From a virus, in the IMG/VR virus record IMGVR_UViG_3300021964_007165, positions 15,898 to 79,897 of that record: a stretch of 64,000 nucleotides of DNA; one strand, 5' to 3'. Shown here one piece after another: positions 48,101 through 57,074 of the stretch (within the stretch, counting starts at the first letter, position 1; each line of letters starts with the position of its first letter). The position numbers and the translations under genes are program-made. The notes under the pieces are model-generated. The model worked only from the letters and a program-made list of their open reading frames with translations, made no database searches and was not told the DNA's origin.

Positions 48101-51100
48101 GTTGATACTTGCTCTGTTAATGCACCGTTGTTTACAACAATACCGTAACCTAAATCGTTAACTTGTGTATAGTCGTTGGCTAACATTGAAGTGTTACCAG
48201 CACTTTGTAGTACAATATCTGTAAAGTCTGCAAACTGGAATCCGTTACCATCTCCTGATGTTGGATTTAGGAATAGTGTTGCTGTACCTGCGGCTTGGTC
48301 ATAATTTGTAACAGCATCAACTTGATAACGCACACCTTGAATATAAAAAGGACATGGTGTTTCCGGACGTCTTTGTCTAAGTCCACTGCCAACACCACTT
48401 GATACGTTTAATGTAAATGCATCATCTTTGCTAATAACAGTCATTGTTAAGTTAGATGTAAAGTTATCAATATACATACCACCTGCAAACACTTGTTTGT
48501 TCTGTGATTTACTAAACGATCCACAAACCTGTACGTAAGGTGATTTGATTAAGATTTGTCCATCTGGATCAAGCACTTGTGCAAATCCGCCATGACCTTG
48601 ATGTGTTACGTTCATGATTCTGTTTGAATCGTTCATCATGAACACATCAATTTCGTCATTATTTTTAGGTGGATTAAAGTTTACATCATTAAAGAACACA
48701 ACACAATCTATTAGATTGTTGTGGTTTGTTAATGCATTGGCTTCTGCAACTGCACTGGCTGTTGTATTTTGTGCAACATCTGTTTGTCTGCTGTTTGCAA
48801 ACGCTGTTTTTGCTAAAACGGCTGAACCAATCTGTTTTATGTGATTGATAGAAGCCACCGTTTCTGTTTCTTGACCGTTGACTGCACCTTCATAATATGC
48901 CGCTTGGTTAGCCAGTGAACTTACTCTTCCGCCATCTACTAAGTCACTAACTAATCCATCTACAATTAGGCCTGTATCTCTACGACACTTGTTTTCGTTG
49001 TATGTAAGTGTTGGATAAGTTGCATTGATATATGCAATAGTTTCTTCAACAATAAATTCTTTGTTAAGTTCGATAAGTTCAGCCGCGCCTGTAAACCCTC
49101 CTGGATTATCAGACCCTGCACTGCCTTGGTTAACTGATTTGGTAGGATCAACTGTATAATGATAACCGTAACGTGGATCAATCAAGTCTGGCAAGTTTGC
49201 AAGACCGTTGATAATAACATCGCTAATGTAATTCATCAATGTTGTAACAGTAGTAGTGGTACCACTTTCTGCGGTGTCTAATCCTGTTATTTGAGTTGTA
49301 ATTGATTGTAACGGTGTATATGCCGCTTGTGGTAAAATTGTGTTTACTACAAGATCTCTTGTAAAGTTTAATGCGGCCGCTGTTTGCTGTTCCTGACCAT
49401 TGATTAAACTCTGTGTTCCTATATAGTATTTTGCGGCATTTTCATAAGTCTTTGCATTACCGTTGTATTTTAAATCGTGTGCAATACCATCAAGAATAAT
49501 TCCTGTGTCTCTTTCACATTTTGCCGCGTTGTATGTAAACCCGTCCCAAATACTTCCAGGAGTTGCACCTGCTACTTGAGCAGTAATATAAGCAATAGTT
49601 TCATCTTTGATAAATTCTTTATTAGCCTTAAGGATTGCTTCAGCATTGAGATTGTTTGTTGGTAATAATTCTAAGCCATCGAAGTTTGCATCTCTATAGA
49701 AGTATGTGTTAATCCATTTAGATTGTGATGCTCTCTTTGCTGGACGAATTTGACAACGTCTAAAGTCTGTACCTTTAATAGAACAGTTAGCAGGAAGTTT
49801 AATTGGATAGTCTTCGTAGTAAATTCCTGATTCAACATGAATACAAATTTGTGTTGTATTTGTAAAGTTACCATACTCAAATTTTTCACCTGGTACAAAC
49901 TGTTTAGGTTCAACTAAAAATACTCTTAGAGTATCGTCGTTTGCTCCTCTGGTATATCTTACAATTCTACCCATTGCTCCAGACGTCTTACCTCTTAGTA
50001 TTTTACCTGGTAAAATATCTACATTGTTTGGAGCACCTTGGTCTACATAACCTTGACCGCCATTTTGCACAACAAGAGAGATGGTAGAGCCTTCAATTAA
50101 GGTTGTAGTGTCGAGTGTTCTTAAACCGTTTTCAATGATGTTAGTTGAAATATCAATTTTAGAAAGAACTGCATTTCTTACAGTAGATGTAACTGTTTGA
50201 TCAGTATCAATAACCTGTGTAATACCATCTGTGTTTCTTATAGGTGCAAGGGTACCATTTTGTAAAATGATATTAATAATTGTTTTACCATAATTAATAC
50301 CTGCTAATAATTCTGTAATTTGTGTTCTTCTTTTAATTTGGCCTTTTACAGAAGCATAATATCTTTTACCATTTTCAATTGCTTGGAAGTTTGCATTTAA
50401 TCCGTTTTCAATATCAATAGCAAGACCTTCAACAATTCTTTCCATATCATTTTCATAATCATCTTCGTCAAATTGGAAAGTTGTATAGATTGCTTTAATA
50501 TACGCTACTACTTCTTTTTTAATCAGTTCTTTGTTTTTTCTTAAAAGAACTGCCGCCGGCACACCATCTGTGTGCGGTGATGTAATATTCAAAGAAATAA
50601 TATCCGAATCAGTTGCACCTTCATTGTAGGTTACTGTTTGTACATATGCTCCAGGCTCTAATGGTGCAGTTCGAACTAATTCTTCTGCTTTTTCACAGGC
50701 CTGACCAATTGTTTTGTAAGCAAACTGTAGTGAACGTCCTTCTTTACCCACTGGTGAAAATTCTTGCGAATCATCGCCATTTGTTCTTACATACAAATCA
50801 ACAATAGAAGTAAAACTTGAATTGTCTACATAAAACTTTGTAGCGGCCTGTAAATCATCTACGTCATTTGGAGTACCACTACCTGCTAAGTTTCCTGGAT
50901 GATCATGTAGATACAAAGGACCTTCCATGTCATCGCCCTGTCTACGTACTGTAGCACTTCTCGGCAATGCTTCTGTGCTTAGATAAGTTCCGTATAGTGC
51001 AGAATTGTAATCATCGTCAACTAATTCATGAGTTCCACCCGGATTACCAGATGCACCTTGGTTAGCACTAATTTTATTTGTGTTAGCAATAGCGTCTGCC

Positions 51101-51822
51101 GCTGATGGGTGTATACTTAATTGATTAGCATTTACAAATCGTACATAATAAACTGTGTTGTTTGTAAGTTCTGGCGCCGCACTTCCTCCTGACACTTGAT
51201 ATTTAAATGGTGTACCATTTACATTATGATCAAAGCCGTGTCCAGCAACAATTAGATTATTGTTGATAAAACTGCCAATAGTTAAAGTGTATTCAGATCC
51301 ATCTACTGGCTCACTACGCATTCTATTTGCAGTAAATCTTTTTTGATAACTTACATCATTGTATTTTTTATCTGTAACCAAGTCATGTACTTGAATCTGT
51401 GTGCTGTGAGTTGTGTTAAATTCTGTTGCTGATGCATCATTAATAGGCGCAATGTTACCAAGTGTATAATTACCGGTGCCATCCAGCATACCACCAAGTT
51501 GTGGTTGTAGGTCTGAACTAATTTTTCCACCACTGTTCGTAATAACAAGTTGTGTTGGATCTGTGTTATCAACAAGGATACCTGGACCACCTACAACATC
51601 TTTCATTAATAGTGATGAACCACTATCGTTTGAAACTGGAATCTTATTAGCGCCTAATTCGTTTGGCGTGTCTGAAAGTGCAGTAAATCTAATAGTACCA
51701 CCTTGTCCAAACACTGCATACAGTTCGGAAAAGTTGTCATTACTTTTACTAAACGCATCTCTGATACTATCGCCGGTTGCGTCATTACCTTCAACACCTA
51801 TATTAATTACTTTTTTTGGCAT
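45160..51822 (-). CDS. 2220-aa tail/baseplate structural protein with C-terminal intramolecular-chaperone-like domain
   Basis: gp9/10-type N-terminus; beta-helix-like core; YADLAENY...GVVS..P..M...AL.GRVPV.V.G...KGD C-terminus. Confidence 0.75.
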   Translation of the reverse strand: MPKKVINIGVEGNDATGDSIRDAFSKSNDNFSELYAVFGQGGTIRFTALSDTPNELGANKIPVSNDSGSSLLMKDVVGGPGILVDNTDPTQLVITNSGGKISSDLQPQLGGMLDGTGNYTLGNIAPINDASATEFNTTHSTQIQVHDLVTDKKYNDVSYQKRFTANRMRSEPVDGSEYTLTIGSFINNNLIVAGHGFDHNVNGTPFKYQVSGGSAAPELTNNTVYYVRFVNANQLSIHPSAADAIANTNKISANQGASGNPGGTHELVDDDYNSALYGTYLSTEALPRSATVRRQGDDMEGPLYLHDHPGNLAGSGTPNDVDDLQAATKFYVDNSSFTSIVDLYVRTNGDDSQEFSPVGKEGRSLQFAYKTIGQACEKAEELVRTAPLEPGAYVQTVTYNEGATDSDIISLNITSPHTDGVPAAVLLRKNKELIKKEVVAYIKAIYTTFQFDEDDYENDMERIVEGLAIDIENGLNANFQAIENGKRYYASVKGQIKRRTQITELLAGINYGKTIINIILQNGTLAPIRNTDGITQVIDTDQTVTSTVRNAVLSKIDISTNIIENGLRTLDTTTLIEGSTISLVVQNGGQGYVDQGAPNNVDILPGKILRGKTSGAMGRIVRYTRGANDDTLRVFLVEPKQFVPGEKFEYGNFTNTTQICIHVESGIYYEDYPIKLPANCSIKGTDFRRCQIRPAKRASQSKWINTYFYRDANFDGLELLPTNNLNAEAILKANKEFIKDETIAYITAQVAGATPGSIWDGFTYNAAKCERDTGIILDGIAHDLKYNGNAKTYENAAKYYIGTQSLINGQEQQTAAALNFTRDLVVNTILPQAAYTPLQSITTQITGLDTAESGTTTTVTTLMNYISDVIINGLANLPDLIDPRYGYHYTVDPTKSVNQGSAGSDNPGGFTGAAELIELNKEFIVEETIAYINATYPTLTYNENKCRRDTGLIVDGLVSDLVDGGRVSSLANQAAYYEGAVNGQETETVASINHIKQIGSAVLAKTAFANSRQTDVAQNTTASAVAEANALTNHNNLIDCVVFFNDVNFNPPKNNDEIDVFMMNDSNRIMNVTHQGHGGFAQVLDPDGQILIKSPYVQVCGSFSKSQNKQVFAGGMYIDNFTSNLTMTVISKDDAFTLNVSSGVGSGLRQRRPETPCPFYIQGVRYQVDAVTNYDQAAGTATLFLNPTSGDGNGFQFADFTDIVLQSAGNTSMLANDYTQVNDLGYGIVVNNGALTEQVSTFTYYCHAAYMANNGSQIRSLNGSNSNGNYGLVAAGSDPNEVIDQITLVEKMVQNARVYDNGVDALNEAGKNIVYVYDVDYIPTNVSELEIDHGGTTGIIRYEVASIQTTSFADIAGASRDGTIYKLNITGNEGLATALTNNQKVTIRQLQNFVFDNLDDVAVIRPSTAIVFDEQDDFTYRTIAFNSTDAVGNALPGANQQLVTFDSNYDYIRLIVDQTKVSDVNGGGGTQGGTQGDTVVAVTRLTEQSEINRLNNGDMLFGWDGKVHRILSYSDQTDHGLITIEDVNDINDAALGDTVVASGLNSPVASADAITLRVGLDGNENAGLTVNISVARATGHDFNDIGSGGFNTSNYPSKIFGAPQEPQQANEVQERDKGRVFYVSTDQDGFFRVGRFFTVDQGTGRVTFAASIALSNLDGIGFKRGVVITEFSSDDGMTDNAVDSVPTESAVRGYINRRLGVDETSLAVSNPIGAGFLARDGSTSPSQNISFANNNLTALGDPGDPFDATNKRYVDGRTPFGESLMYGTGANGTRDTNDILVWTGTNWDTATPTGYFEFTYNAVDKTVATGIADGSIVNADVNAAAQIAQSKLNMQAAGVRATAAGIVQGNLGLAVFDSVVFSSTNGFISIDDGQLPIEKLANIPDDSVIGRAQGDSATGDVSAIPFSTIVNSGGTFTTIGAPSAIVKTHTDGSINVQALEVDSARIIDTSGTTVNFTNPSATLFLSSQTTGGGVTNNNMSGNLNIGNAKSAESTFQSNSALAGENYLAADWTYTSFIEAPDENDNNSTGIGIGANTGFTSADQIGFITGGTNRLTVTNTATLPGETDVYDLGSATKRFQNIYAISTSAQANTALYADLAENYLADATYEVGSVLIFGGEQEVTVTKLKGDTRVAGVVSEKPGYLMNAGAEGDFVTAIALQGRVPVNVVGIAKKGDLLVSASIPGYAIVDNNAKVGTVIGKALQAKDDPGYGTIEAVVGRV

Positions 51823-51831
51823 ATATAACCC

Positions 51832-52158
51832 CTAAAATCCTATTGACTCACCACAACCACAACTTGATGTTGAAGCAGGGTTTTCTATTGTAAAGTATGA
51901 TCCAAACACTTCTTTTTTGTAATCTATTGTACTTCCTAACAAATACATAACACTGGCCGAATCTACAGCGAATTCACCTTTATCAAGTTTGATAACTTCA
52001 TCATCGAATTCTTTGCTTTCATCTAAGGACCAATCGTATTTAAAACCAGCACAACCACCGCCTTTTAAACTTAACCTTACGACAGGCTTCGCATGTTCTT
52101 GAAGCATTTCATTCATGCGTTCAACTGCATTAGGTGTTAGTTTAACTATATCTGGCAT
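51832..52158 (-). CDS. A-type Fe-S carrier (IscA/HesB family)
   Basis: GGGCAGF.Y and CGCGES motifs. Confidence 0.93.
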   Translation of the reverse strand: MPDIVKLTPNAVERMNEMLQEHAKPVVRLSLKGGGCAGFKYDWSLDESKEFDDEVIKLDKGEFAVDSASVMYLLGSTIDYKKEVFGSYFTIENPASTSSCGCGESIGF

Positions 52159-52222
52159 ACTTTGTTCTCCTTAGTATTTATTATAATTTTTGTAATCCGA
52201 ATGTAATTAGGTAAATAATTGT

Positions 52223-52510
52223 ATGTTTATTAGAACAGAACAAGAAGTGAAGTGGTATGTAAGGAAGTCAAAAAAGGGCAAGACCCATCCATACAAGCGT
52301 GTAAAAACTGTAGTAGTTTTTGAGTGCGATAATTGTCACGATGAATTTAAACGTGACAAAGGTAAAGTAGATCCTAAAAGATTAGATAATGCCTACAACC
52401 ATGTGTGCCCAAGTTGCGACCCTAAGCGTTTCGCACAAAAGAAAGGTGTTGAACAAAGGCGTAAATTGAACACAACGGTTGATGGCTTGTTAACTATAGA
52501 TCAACTATAA
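52223..52510 (+). CDS. Small Zn-ribbon protein, leaderless late gene
   Basis: CDNC...HVCPSC; TAAATA-N5-ATG. Confidence 0.7.
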   Translation: MFIRTEQEVKWYVRKSKKGKTHPYKRVKTVVVFECDNCHDEFKRDKGKVDPKRLDNAYNHVCPSCDPKRFAQKKGVEQRRKLNTTVDGLLTIDQL

Positions 52511-52684
52511 TTATTCTGATTTCCAAATAGTCCAAGCACCATATGCGATTGCCGCATACGCTAATAGCCCAGCAAGTGGTTTAGCAATAAGCACTACAAT
52601 GCCTAATGCAATAAGTGCCGCTCCGTCCCACGATGTTCTTTCTGTGAAACGTTTTGCTACCCAAGATTTAAATTTATCTAACAT
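52511..52684 (-). CDS. 57-aa two-TM membrane protein; not in ORF track
   Basis: MLDKFKSWVAKRFTERTSWDGAALIALGIVVLIAKPLAGLLAYAAIAYGAWTIWKSE, AGGAGAG RBS. Confidence 0.7.
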   Translation of the reverse strand: MLDKFKSWVAKRFTERTSWDGAALIALGIVVLIAKPLAGLLAYAAIAYGAWTIWKSE

Positions 52685-52695
52685 ATTACTCTCCT

Positions 52696-52938
52696 TTATT
52701 TTTGTAGTGACTTCATATGTTTGTATAACTCGTTGATCAACTTATCTTTTGCAAGTCTACGATCGAGTTCAATACCATTTTTTCTACCCATTTCTTCTAA
52801 CTTCACTTTTGTTAATTTTTTAAGTTCTGCTTTAGAAGGAACAAGTAATAATGGTTTCTTATTTGCTACGTGATCAGAAAGTTTTAGAGTTTTCTTTTCT
52901 TCACTCGCACCAAAAATATTTTTAATCCAATTAAACAT
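52696..52938 (-). CDS. Small basic protein with SAP/Rho-N-like helical C-terminus
   Basis: LKKLTK..LEE.GR..GIELDRR..KD.LI..L. Confidence 0.6.
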   Translation of the reverse strand: MFNWIKNIFGASEEKKTLKLSDHVANKKPLLLVPSKAELKKLTKVKLEEMGRKNGIELDRRLAKDKLINELYKHMKSLQK

Positions 52939-53487
52939 TTATTCTCCTTTAGTAAGAGTAATTACCCCACAGGCCAGTCTTTCGCCTGCATTTCCGGTTT
53001 TAAGCGATTCTTGATCTCCACCTTTGCCGAGATCATCTTTGTTCTCATGTATGACTATTGCTCTGCCTACAATGCTTCTATCGCCTATCAAATCAATTCT
53101 GTCTGCTTTAATTGTAAACTCAGCGACCCCGTTTGAGTTTGCTTGAACATTGCCCAAATCACCGACATGGCCGTTTTTGAGATCGCCATGCTCCACTCCG
53201 TCAGGGTTGTAATGGCCACCGGCACTTTCACAACCATTGGATAGGTCCCCAAATTCATGGACATGAAATCCATGAAGTCCTTCACTTAAACCAGTTATTC
53301 GACCCTTTATAAGGGTGGCAGTGCCTGGCTTTTGCATGAATAGAATTGTGCCTTTAACAGTGTCTGAATGGACTAAGTCACAAACAGCCGTGACTGCTTC
53401 TTCTGCTTCAACTATTCTTTTCAGGCTTTCACACTGACAAGTTCTTGAGCGTGTTCTGTTGCATTCTGTGAATTGTTTAAATCGCAT
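52939..53487 (-). CDS. sodC: Cu/Zn superoxide dismutase with capsid-targeting-like N-terminus
   Basis: HGFHVH, GCES.GGHYNP, HVGDLGN, GRAIVIH...DDLG, GNAG.R.ACG; start 53487 (TAAATA-N4-ATG). Confidence 0.92.
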   Translation of the reverse strand: MRFKQFTECNRTRSRTCQCESLKRIVEAEEAVTAVCDLVHSDTVKGTILFMQKPGTATLIKGRITGLSEGLHGFHVHEFGDLSNGCESAGGHYNPDGVEHGDLKNGHVGDLGNVQANSNGVAEFTIKADRIDLIGDRSIVGRAIVIHENKDDLGKGGDQESLKTGNAGERLACGVITLTKGE

Positions 53488-54512
53488 ACTGTATTTAGCC
53501 AGTAATTGTATAGAGCGATGCTGGCAAGATTCTTCATCTTGCTTTCGCACATGATGTCTGCGTATTCAAGGAATGATAGTGCATACTTATTTACTACAGG
53601 GTTAGGAAAGTAATCGCTATGAGCACGAAGTTTAGCCTTCTTATGCCCTGCTTCTAATAGTGCAGGCATATCAGGCATTGTATCGTGTGCAAATCCTTCG
53701 GGTAGTGCTTCATCTCTGCTGTATGAATAATGTATTACAGGACGCACACCACGCCACGAATCTATTACGCGAGCAAATTGATCACTGGTTGGTGAAACGT
53801 ATGTTCCTTCACGACACCATGAATGGTGTATATCGAGTACAAGGGCACAGGTGTCAACAAGTTCGAGGCTGTGTTCGAGTCCCCATTTGTTCTCGTCGTT
53901 TTCGATCGTGATGCAGTTTCTCGCTTCTTGAGAAAGTCTTGTGTTAACTGCGTGTTTGATACCGGCTGGACCTTGCCTGCCTGATATATGGACGTTGCAT
54001 TTAAAGTCCTGGAATGTACGTCCGTACCCCATCCAGCGGATGACATCGGTGTGATATTCAAATTCCTCTACACTCCTATCTACAATATCAGGATTATCTG
54101 ACGCAAGTACAGTAAACTGACCAGGGTGCATAGACAACCTAACATCAAGTTCACGAGCCTTTGCGCCGACGTTAGCGAAGTTGGTTTCGCAATATTGTCG
54201 TACATCAGGCTTGCGCCAGAAGTAAGACCAAGTAGGCTCAGTATAAACAGGAAGGACGTCACTTCCCAACCTAACCATTCGTAATTCATTCGGTAATTCT
54301 CCTACGTATCTAATCAAGTTTTCGTATGACTTGATGTTGTGTACCATGATATCCCACAAGCGTTCTTCAGCAACATCACGTGTCTGTCGGTTAAGCCACT
54401 GTACTGTTGTGCTACGTGTGTTCAATGGTCGCTGAATTTCCTCAAGAAGTTTTTTCTTCTGAGACTGATCAGGGTGCATATATTTGCAGGCAAAGCCTAT
54501 ACGTTTAATCAT
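53421..54512 (-). CDS. UV damage endonuclease (UvdE/UvsE)
   Basis: [42 protein letters not shown]. Confidence 0.92.
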   Translation of the reverse strand: MIKRIGFACKYMHPDQSQKKKLLEEIQRPLNTRSTTVQWLNRQTRDVAEERLWDIMVHNIKSYENLIRYVGELPNELRMVRLGSDVLPVYTEPTWSYFWRKPDVRQYCETNFANVGAKARELDVRLSMHPGQFTVLASDNPDIVDRSVEEFEYHTDVIRWMGYGRTFQDFKCNVHISGRQGPAGIKHAVNTRLSQEARNCITIENDENKWGLEHSLELVDTCALVLDIHHSWCREGTYVSPTSDQFARVIDSWRGVRPVIHYSYSRDEALPEGFAHDTMPDMPALLEAGHKKAKLRAHSDYFPNPVVNKYALSFLEYADIMCESKMKNLASIALYNYWLNTVCDLNNSQNATEHAQELVSVKA

Positions 54513-54518
54513 AGTATA

Positions 54519-54547
54519 ATTATACTACCTTTAGTTGGCGAAGTCAA
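54519..54547 (-). promoter_or_regulatory. sigma70 promoter giving leaderless uvdE mRNA
   Basis: TTGACT-N17-TATAAT-N6-ATG. Confidence 0.75.
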
Positions 54548-54549
54548 GT

Positions 54550-55248
54550 TTATTTCCAATTATCTTTACACCACTGATCTACACAATTATGCGGATGTGG
54601 TTCTCCATGGAATACCGCTACATTAGTTTCTGGTTTGATTTTTGGCTCACCTGGTATAGTAAAATTCCTTACACCATTTATTCTTGTCATATCAGGTTTA
54701 CCACGCATCTCCCATTTGTAACTTTGTATCCATTCGTCAGGCCAAAAACAAAAATCTTTACGTACTTGACTATAGATCCAATCTTGGTCTCCATGCATAC
54801 GCTTAGTTGCGATAAACTCTTGTTTAACAAAATTTGTCCATACGTGATCTTGTGTACCTGACTTTAAACGGAACACACTTGAATTCATCTTTTTCCAATC
54901 CGGACGAAGGTGTCGATTAAAGTCTTTACAAATGCAAAATTTATCTGGATTATATGTAAACAAATTATCAATGTTATTAAAAATAATAACATCAAGATCA
55001 AAATATAATATATTTCCGTTGATAGGTAAAGTAGGATCAAAGAACATTGGTTTATACCACCAACCAATGACTGGGAGTTTAGGTAGCGGTAAAACACGTA
55101 TTCCTGCTTGGATGCCTCTTGAATTATCTGTAAAACAAATAAATTCATAAGGAACTGTGGTATTTCGTGCAACCATATTGGCTAACACATTAACATATTC
55201 TGCACTATATTTGTCGCCCCACTTTAGGCATACAACATAGTTTTTCAT
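54550..55248 (-). CDS. GT-A fold glycosyltransferase (GT8-like)
   Basis: KWGDKY, FICFTD, YFDLD (DxD), NSSV, GDQD, FHG.P.P. Confidence 0.8.
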   Translation of the reverse strand: MKNYVVCLKWGDKYSAEYVNVLANMVARNTTVPYEFICFTDNSRGIQAGIRVLPLPKLPVIGWWYKPMFFDPTLPINGNILYFDLDVIIFNNIDNLFTYNPDKFCICKDFNRHLRPDWKKMNSSVFRLKSGTQDHVWTNFVKQEFIATKRMHGDQDWIYSQVRKDFCFWPDEWIQSYKWEMRGKPDMTRINGVRNFTIPGEPKIKPETNVAVFHGEPHPHNCVDQWCKDNWK

Positions 55249-55251
55249 TAA

Positions 55252-55701
55252 CTAACCTTCGTAAATTGCTGAATTAGCGCCATGCTCTGAACATTCGACA
55301 CTTACACAATAACAACGATTATCTGTTGCTTCTCGAATCAGTTTGTCTGCAAAGTTAAATGCATGTTCTGCAAATTTCTCTGCACCAACTCCGTCAAACT
55401 CTCTTACTTCGCACAGGTCTTTGTCTTGTAATTCATAAAAGTCTTGTTTGTGAGGATCATTAATGTCTACACAAGTCTTGTGATCAAAACTATCTTCAAG
55501 CCAAGCCTTCAAAGGTTTAAGTCCACCAAAGTCTACTGCCCAATTTTTGTTGTCCAGTTTGTCGCAACCAAATGTAAATTTAAATGCAAGACTGTAACCA
55601 TGTAGTAAATGACAGTGTGAGTGATCTGCGTTTGGCTGTCTAAAGACTGCCGATAGGCCAATGTTATGACCATATGTTTTTGTGCTATAATGTTTTCCCA
55701 T
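55252..55701 (-). CDS. queD: 6-carboxy-5,6,7,8-tetrahydropterin synthase (QueD)
   Basis: CHLLHGY, VDFG, FDH, AE..A, E...NSA.Y; ATG 55701 with AAGGAG. Confidence 0.85.
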   Translation of the reverse strand: MGKHYSTKTYGHNIGLSAVFRQPNADHSHCHLLHGYSLAFKFTFGCDKLDNKNWAVDFGGLKPLKAWLEDSFDHKTCVDINDPHKQDFYELQDKDLCEVREFDGVGAEKFAEHAFNFADKLIREATDNRCYCVSVECSEHGANSAIYEG

Positions 55702-55763
55702 TATTATCTCCTTTATTAATAATGGCGGCAGAATTATAAGGGTTGACGCCAAGTCCTGTATTA
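55698..55763 (-). promoter_or_regulatory. Structured queD 5' leader, riboswitch candidate
   Basis: AGG/CCU stem, UGGCG/CGCCA pseudoknot, 9-bp CCAUUAUUA/UAAUAAUGG hairpin over SD and AUG. Confidence 0.5.
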
Positions 55764-55769
55764 TTCATT

Positions 55770-55798
55770 AGTATATATGATTTATTCATCCTTGTCAA
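55770..55798 (-). promoter_or_regulatory. sigma70 promoter for queD
   Basis: TTGACA-N17-TATACT. Confidence 0.75.
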
Positions 55799-56423
55799 CC
55801 GGTAAATGTCCATAATGATGCATTTTGGCGGCTACAAGTGGAATTAATTTTTTACGCATAGTATTAAAACTAACTGTGACTCTTTTATCTGATGGATTTG
55901 GATCTGTTCTATGTTCAAGCCAACTTGGAAAAATTAGTAACAATCCAGTTCTTGGTCTGCAACTTGCAAAATAACTACTGTATGGATTTTGGTCTTCAAA
56001 CACATCATTCATACGTAATGGGCGTAACGGAGATTCAAAAATTAATGGACAACTATCTTGGTCAACATATGGATAAAATGCTCCACTTATTACACTACCT
56101 TCATGTCTATGTTTATCTACTTGTCCGTCTTTACCTAACACATTAAACCAACTTGTTCCAAGGATACTTTCTTCAAGTCCTGCGGTCTTACAGTATAAGT
56201 CAATACAATTTTGAATGTCTGCTCTTAACTTTGCAAGTTTTGGATTGAATAAAAATTCTTCATCACCATTAATAAAACTGCTTTTTCCTCCAATGATCAG
56301 GCCATGATCGCCTGTCTCATATTCTTCAATAATCTTATTACAAGTTTCAAGTTCGCTATGACCACTTAAATCAAACGCACTAACAAGGGTAGGGAATAAG
56401 GATAGATTTTCTTGGTTATACAT
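55782..56423 (-). CDS. 2OG-Fe(II) oxygenase-like (TIGR02466-like)
   Basis: LFPT, SWFN, HRH...ISGAFY, LIFPSWLEH, R.TVSFN. Confidence 0.8.
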   Translation of the reverse strand: MYNQENLSLFPTLVSAFDLSGHSELETCNKIIEEYETGDHGLIIGGKSSFINGDEEFLFNPKLAKLRADIQNCIDLYCKTAGLEESILGTSWFNVLGKDGQVDKHRHEGSVISGAFYPYVDQDSCPLIFESPLRPLRMNDVFEDQNPYSSYFASCRPRTGLLLIFPSWLEHRTDPNPSDKRVTVSFNTMRKKLIPLVAAKMHHYGHLPVDKDE

Positions 56424-57030
56424 CTTTATAGTTTAACATCTCTTTAAATTGTGTCAAGTTAAAAAAGGATACATTTTCCTTTTTCCAACTGTCGGGTATT
56501 GTCCAATCTTCTTGATTAAAAATTCTAAATTTTCTGTTGGAGTATCTTTCAAATATTTTTGATATTTGATGAATCCAAAAACTTGGATCAATAGCATGAG
56601 AATCTGCACCTTCATAATTAGGTGTTCCTTTGTAAATATTATTGACAGTTTCCGAATTACTGTATAGATCAAATCCCAACAAGTCAATAACTTCTTCCGG
56701 TTTTGATATTGTACACCCTATATAAACAGCATAAGGTCCGCTCCCCCAATGAAATGGTTGATCTTTTTTTGCTTCTGTGCTATACCAAAGACCAGGAACA
56801 GTATTAATATTATGCTTTCCGCCGAACTCTTCTCTCCAATCAGATCTTGTCCAAATACCTGATTTTTGATTAATGTACTTTGACACCGCTTCTTTGACCA
56901 TGCGTCTATCGCAACAAACGATGTGTCTTACCTTTGCTTCTCGAAATATAGCATTACATCCTATCTTTTCGCAGGATATATTATCTAATTTAATGCCTTT
57001 ACGGCTTTCTCCGTTACCAATTATGAGCAT
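56416..57030 (-). CDS. MptE/Maf/sialyltransferase-like Rossmannoid protein
   Basis: IIGNGESR, GCNA..R, D, SG..A, LLGFD motifs. Confidence 0.5.
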   Translation of the reverse strand: MLIIGNGESRKGIKLDNISCEKIGCNAIFREAKVRHIVCCDRRMVKEAVSKYINQKSGIWTRSDWREEFGGKHNINTVPGLWYSTEAKKDQPFHWGSGPYAVYIGCTISKPEEVIDLLGFDLYSNSETVNNIYKGTPNYEGADSHAIDPSFWIHQISKIFERYSNRKFRIFNQEDWTIPDSWKKENVSFFNLTQFKEMLNYKDV

Positions 57031-57034
57031 ACTA

Positions 57035-57047
57035 TATTTAATAAATA
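57035..57047. promoter_or_regulatory. Back-to-back divergent T4-late-like promoters
   Basis: TATTTA-A-TAAATA between divergent genes (57030 minus, 57075 plus). Confidence 0.65.
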
Positions 57048-57074
57048 CATGTAACGATAGGAAAAATACTGGCT

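Noticed and set aside
55698-55763. Calling the queD leader a canonical preQ1-I riboswitch
   Set aside because: P1 is short and L3 lacks the conserved A-tract, so it is reported only as a variant candidate
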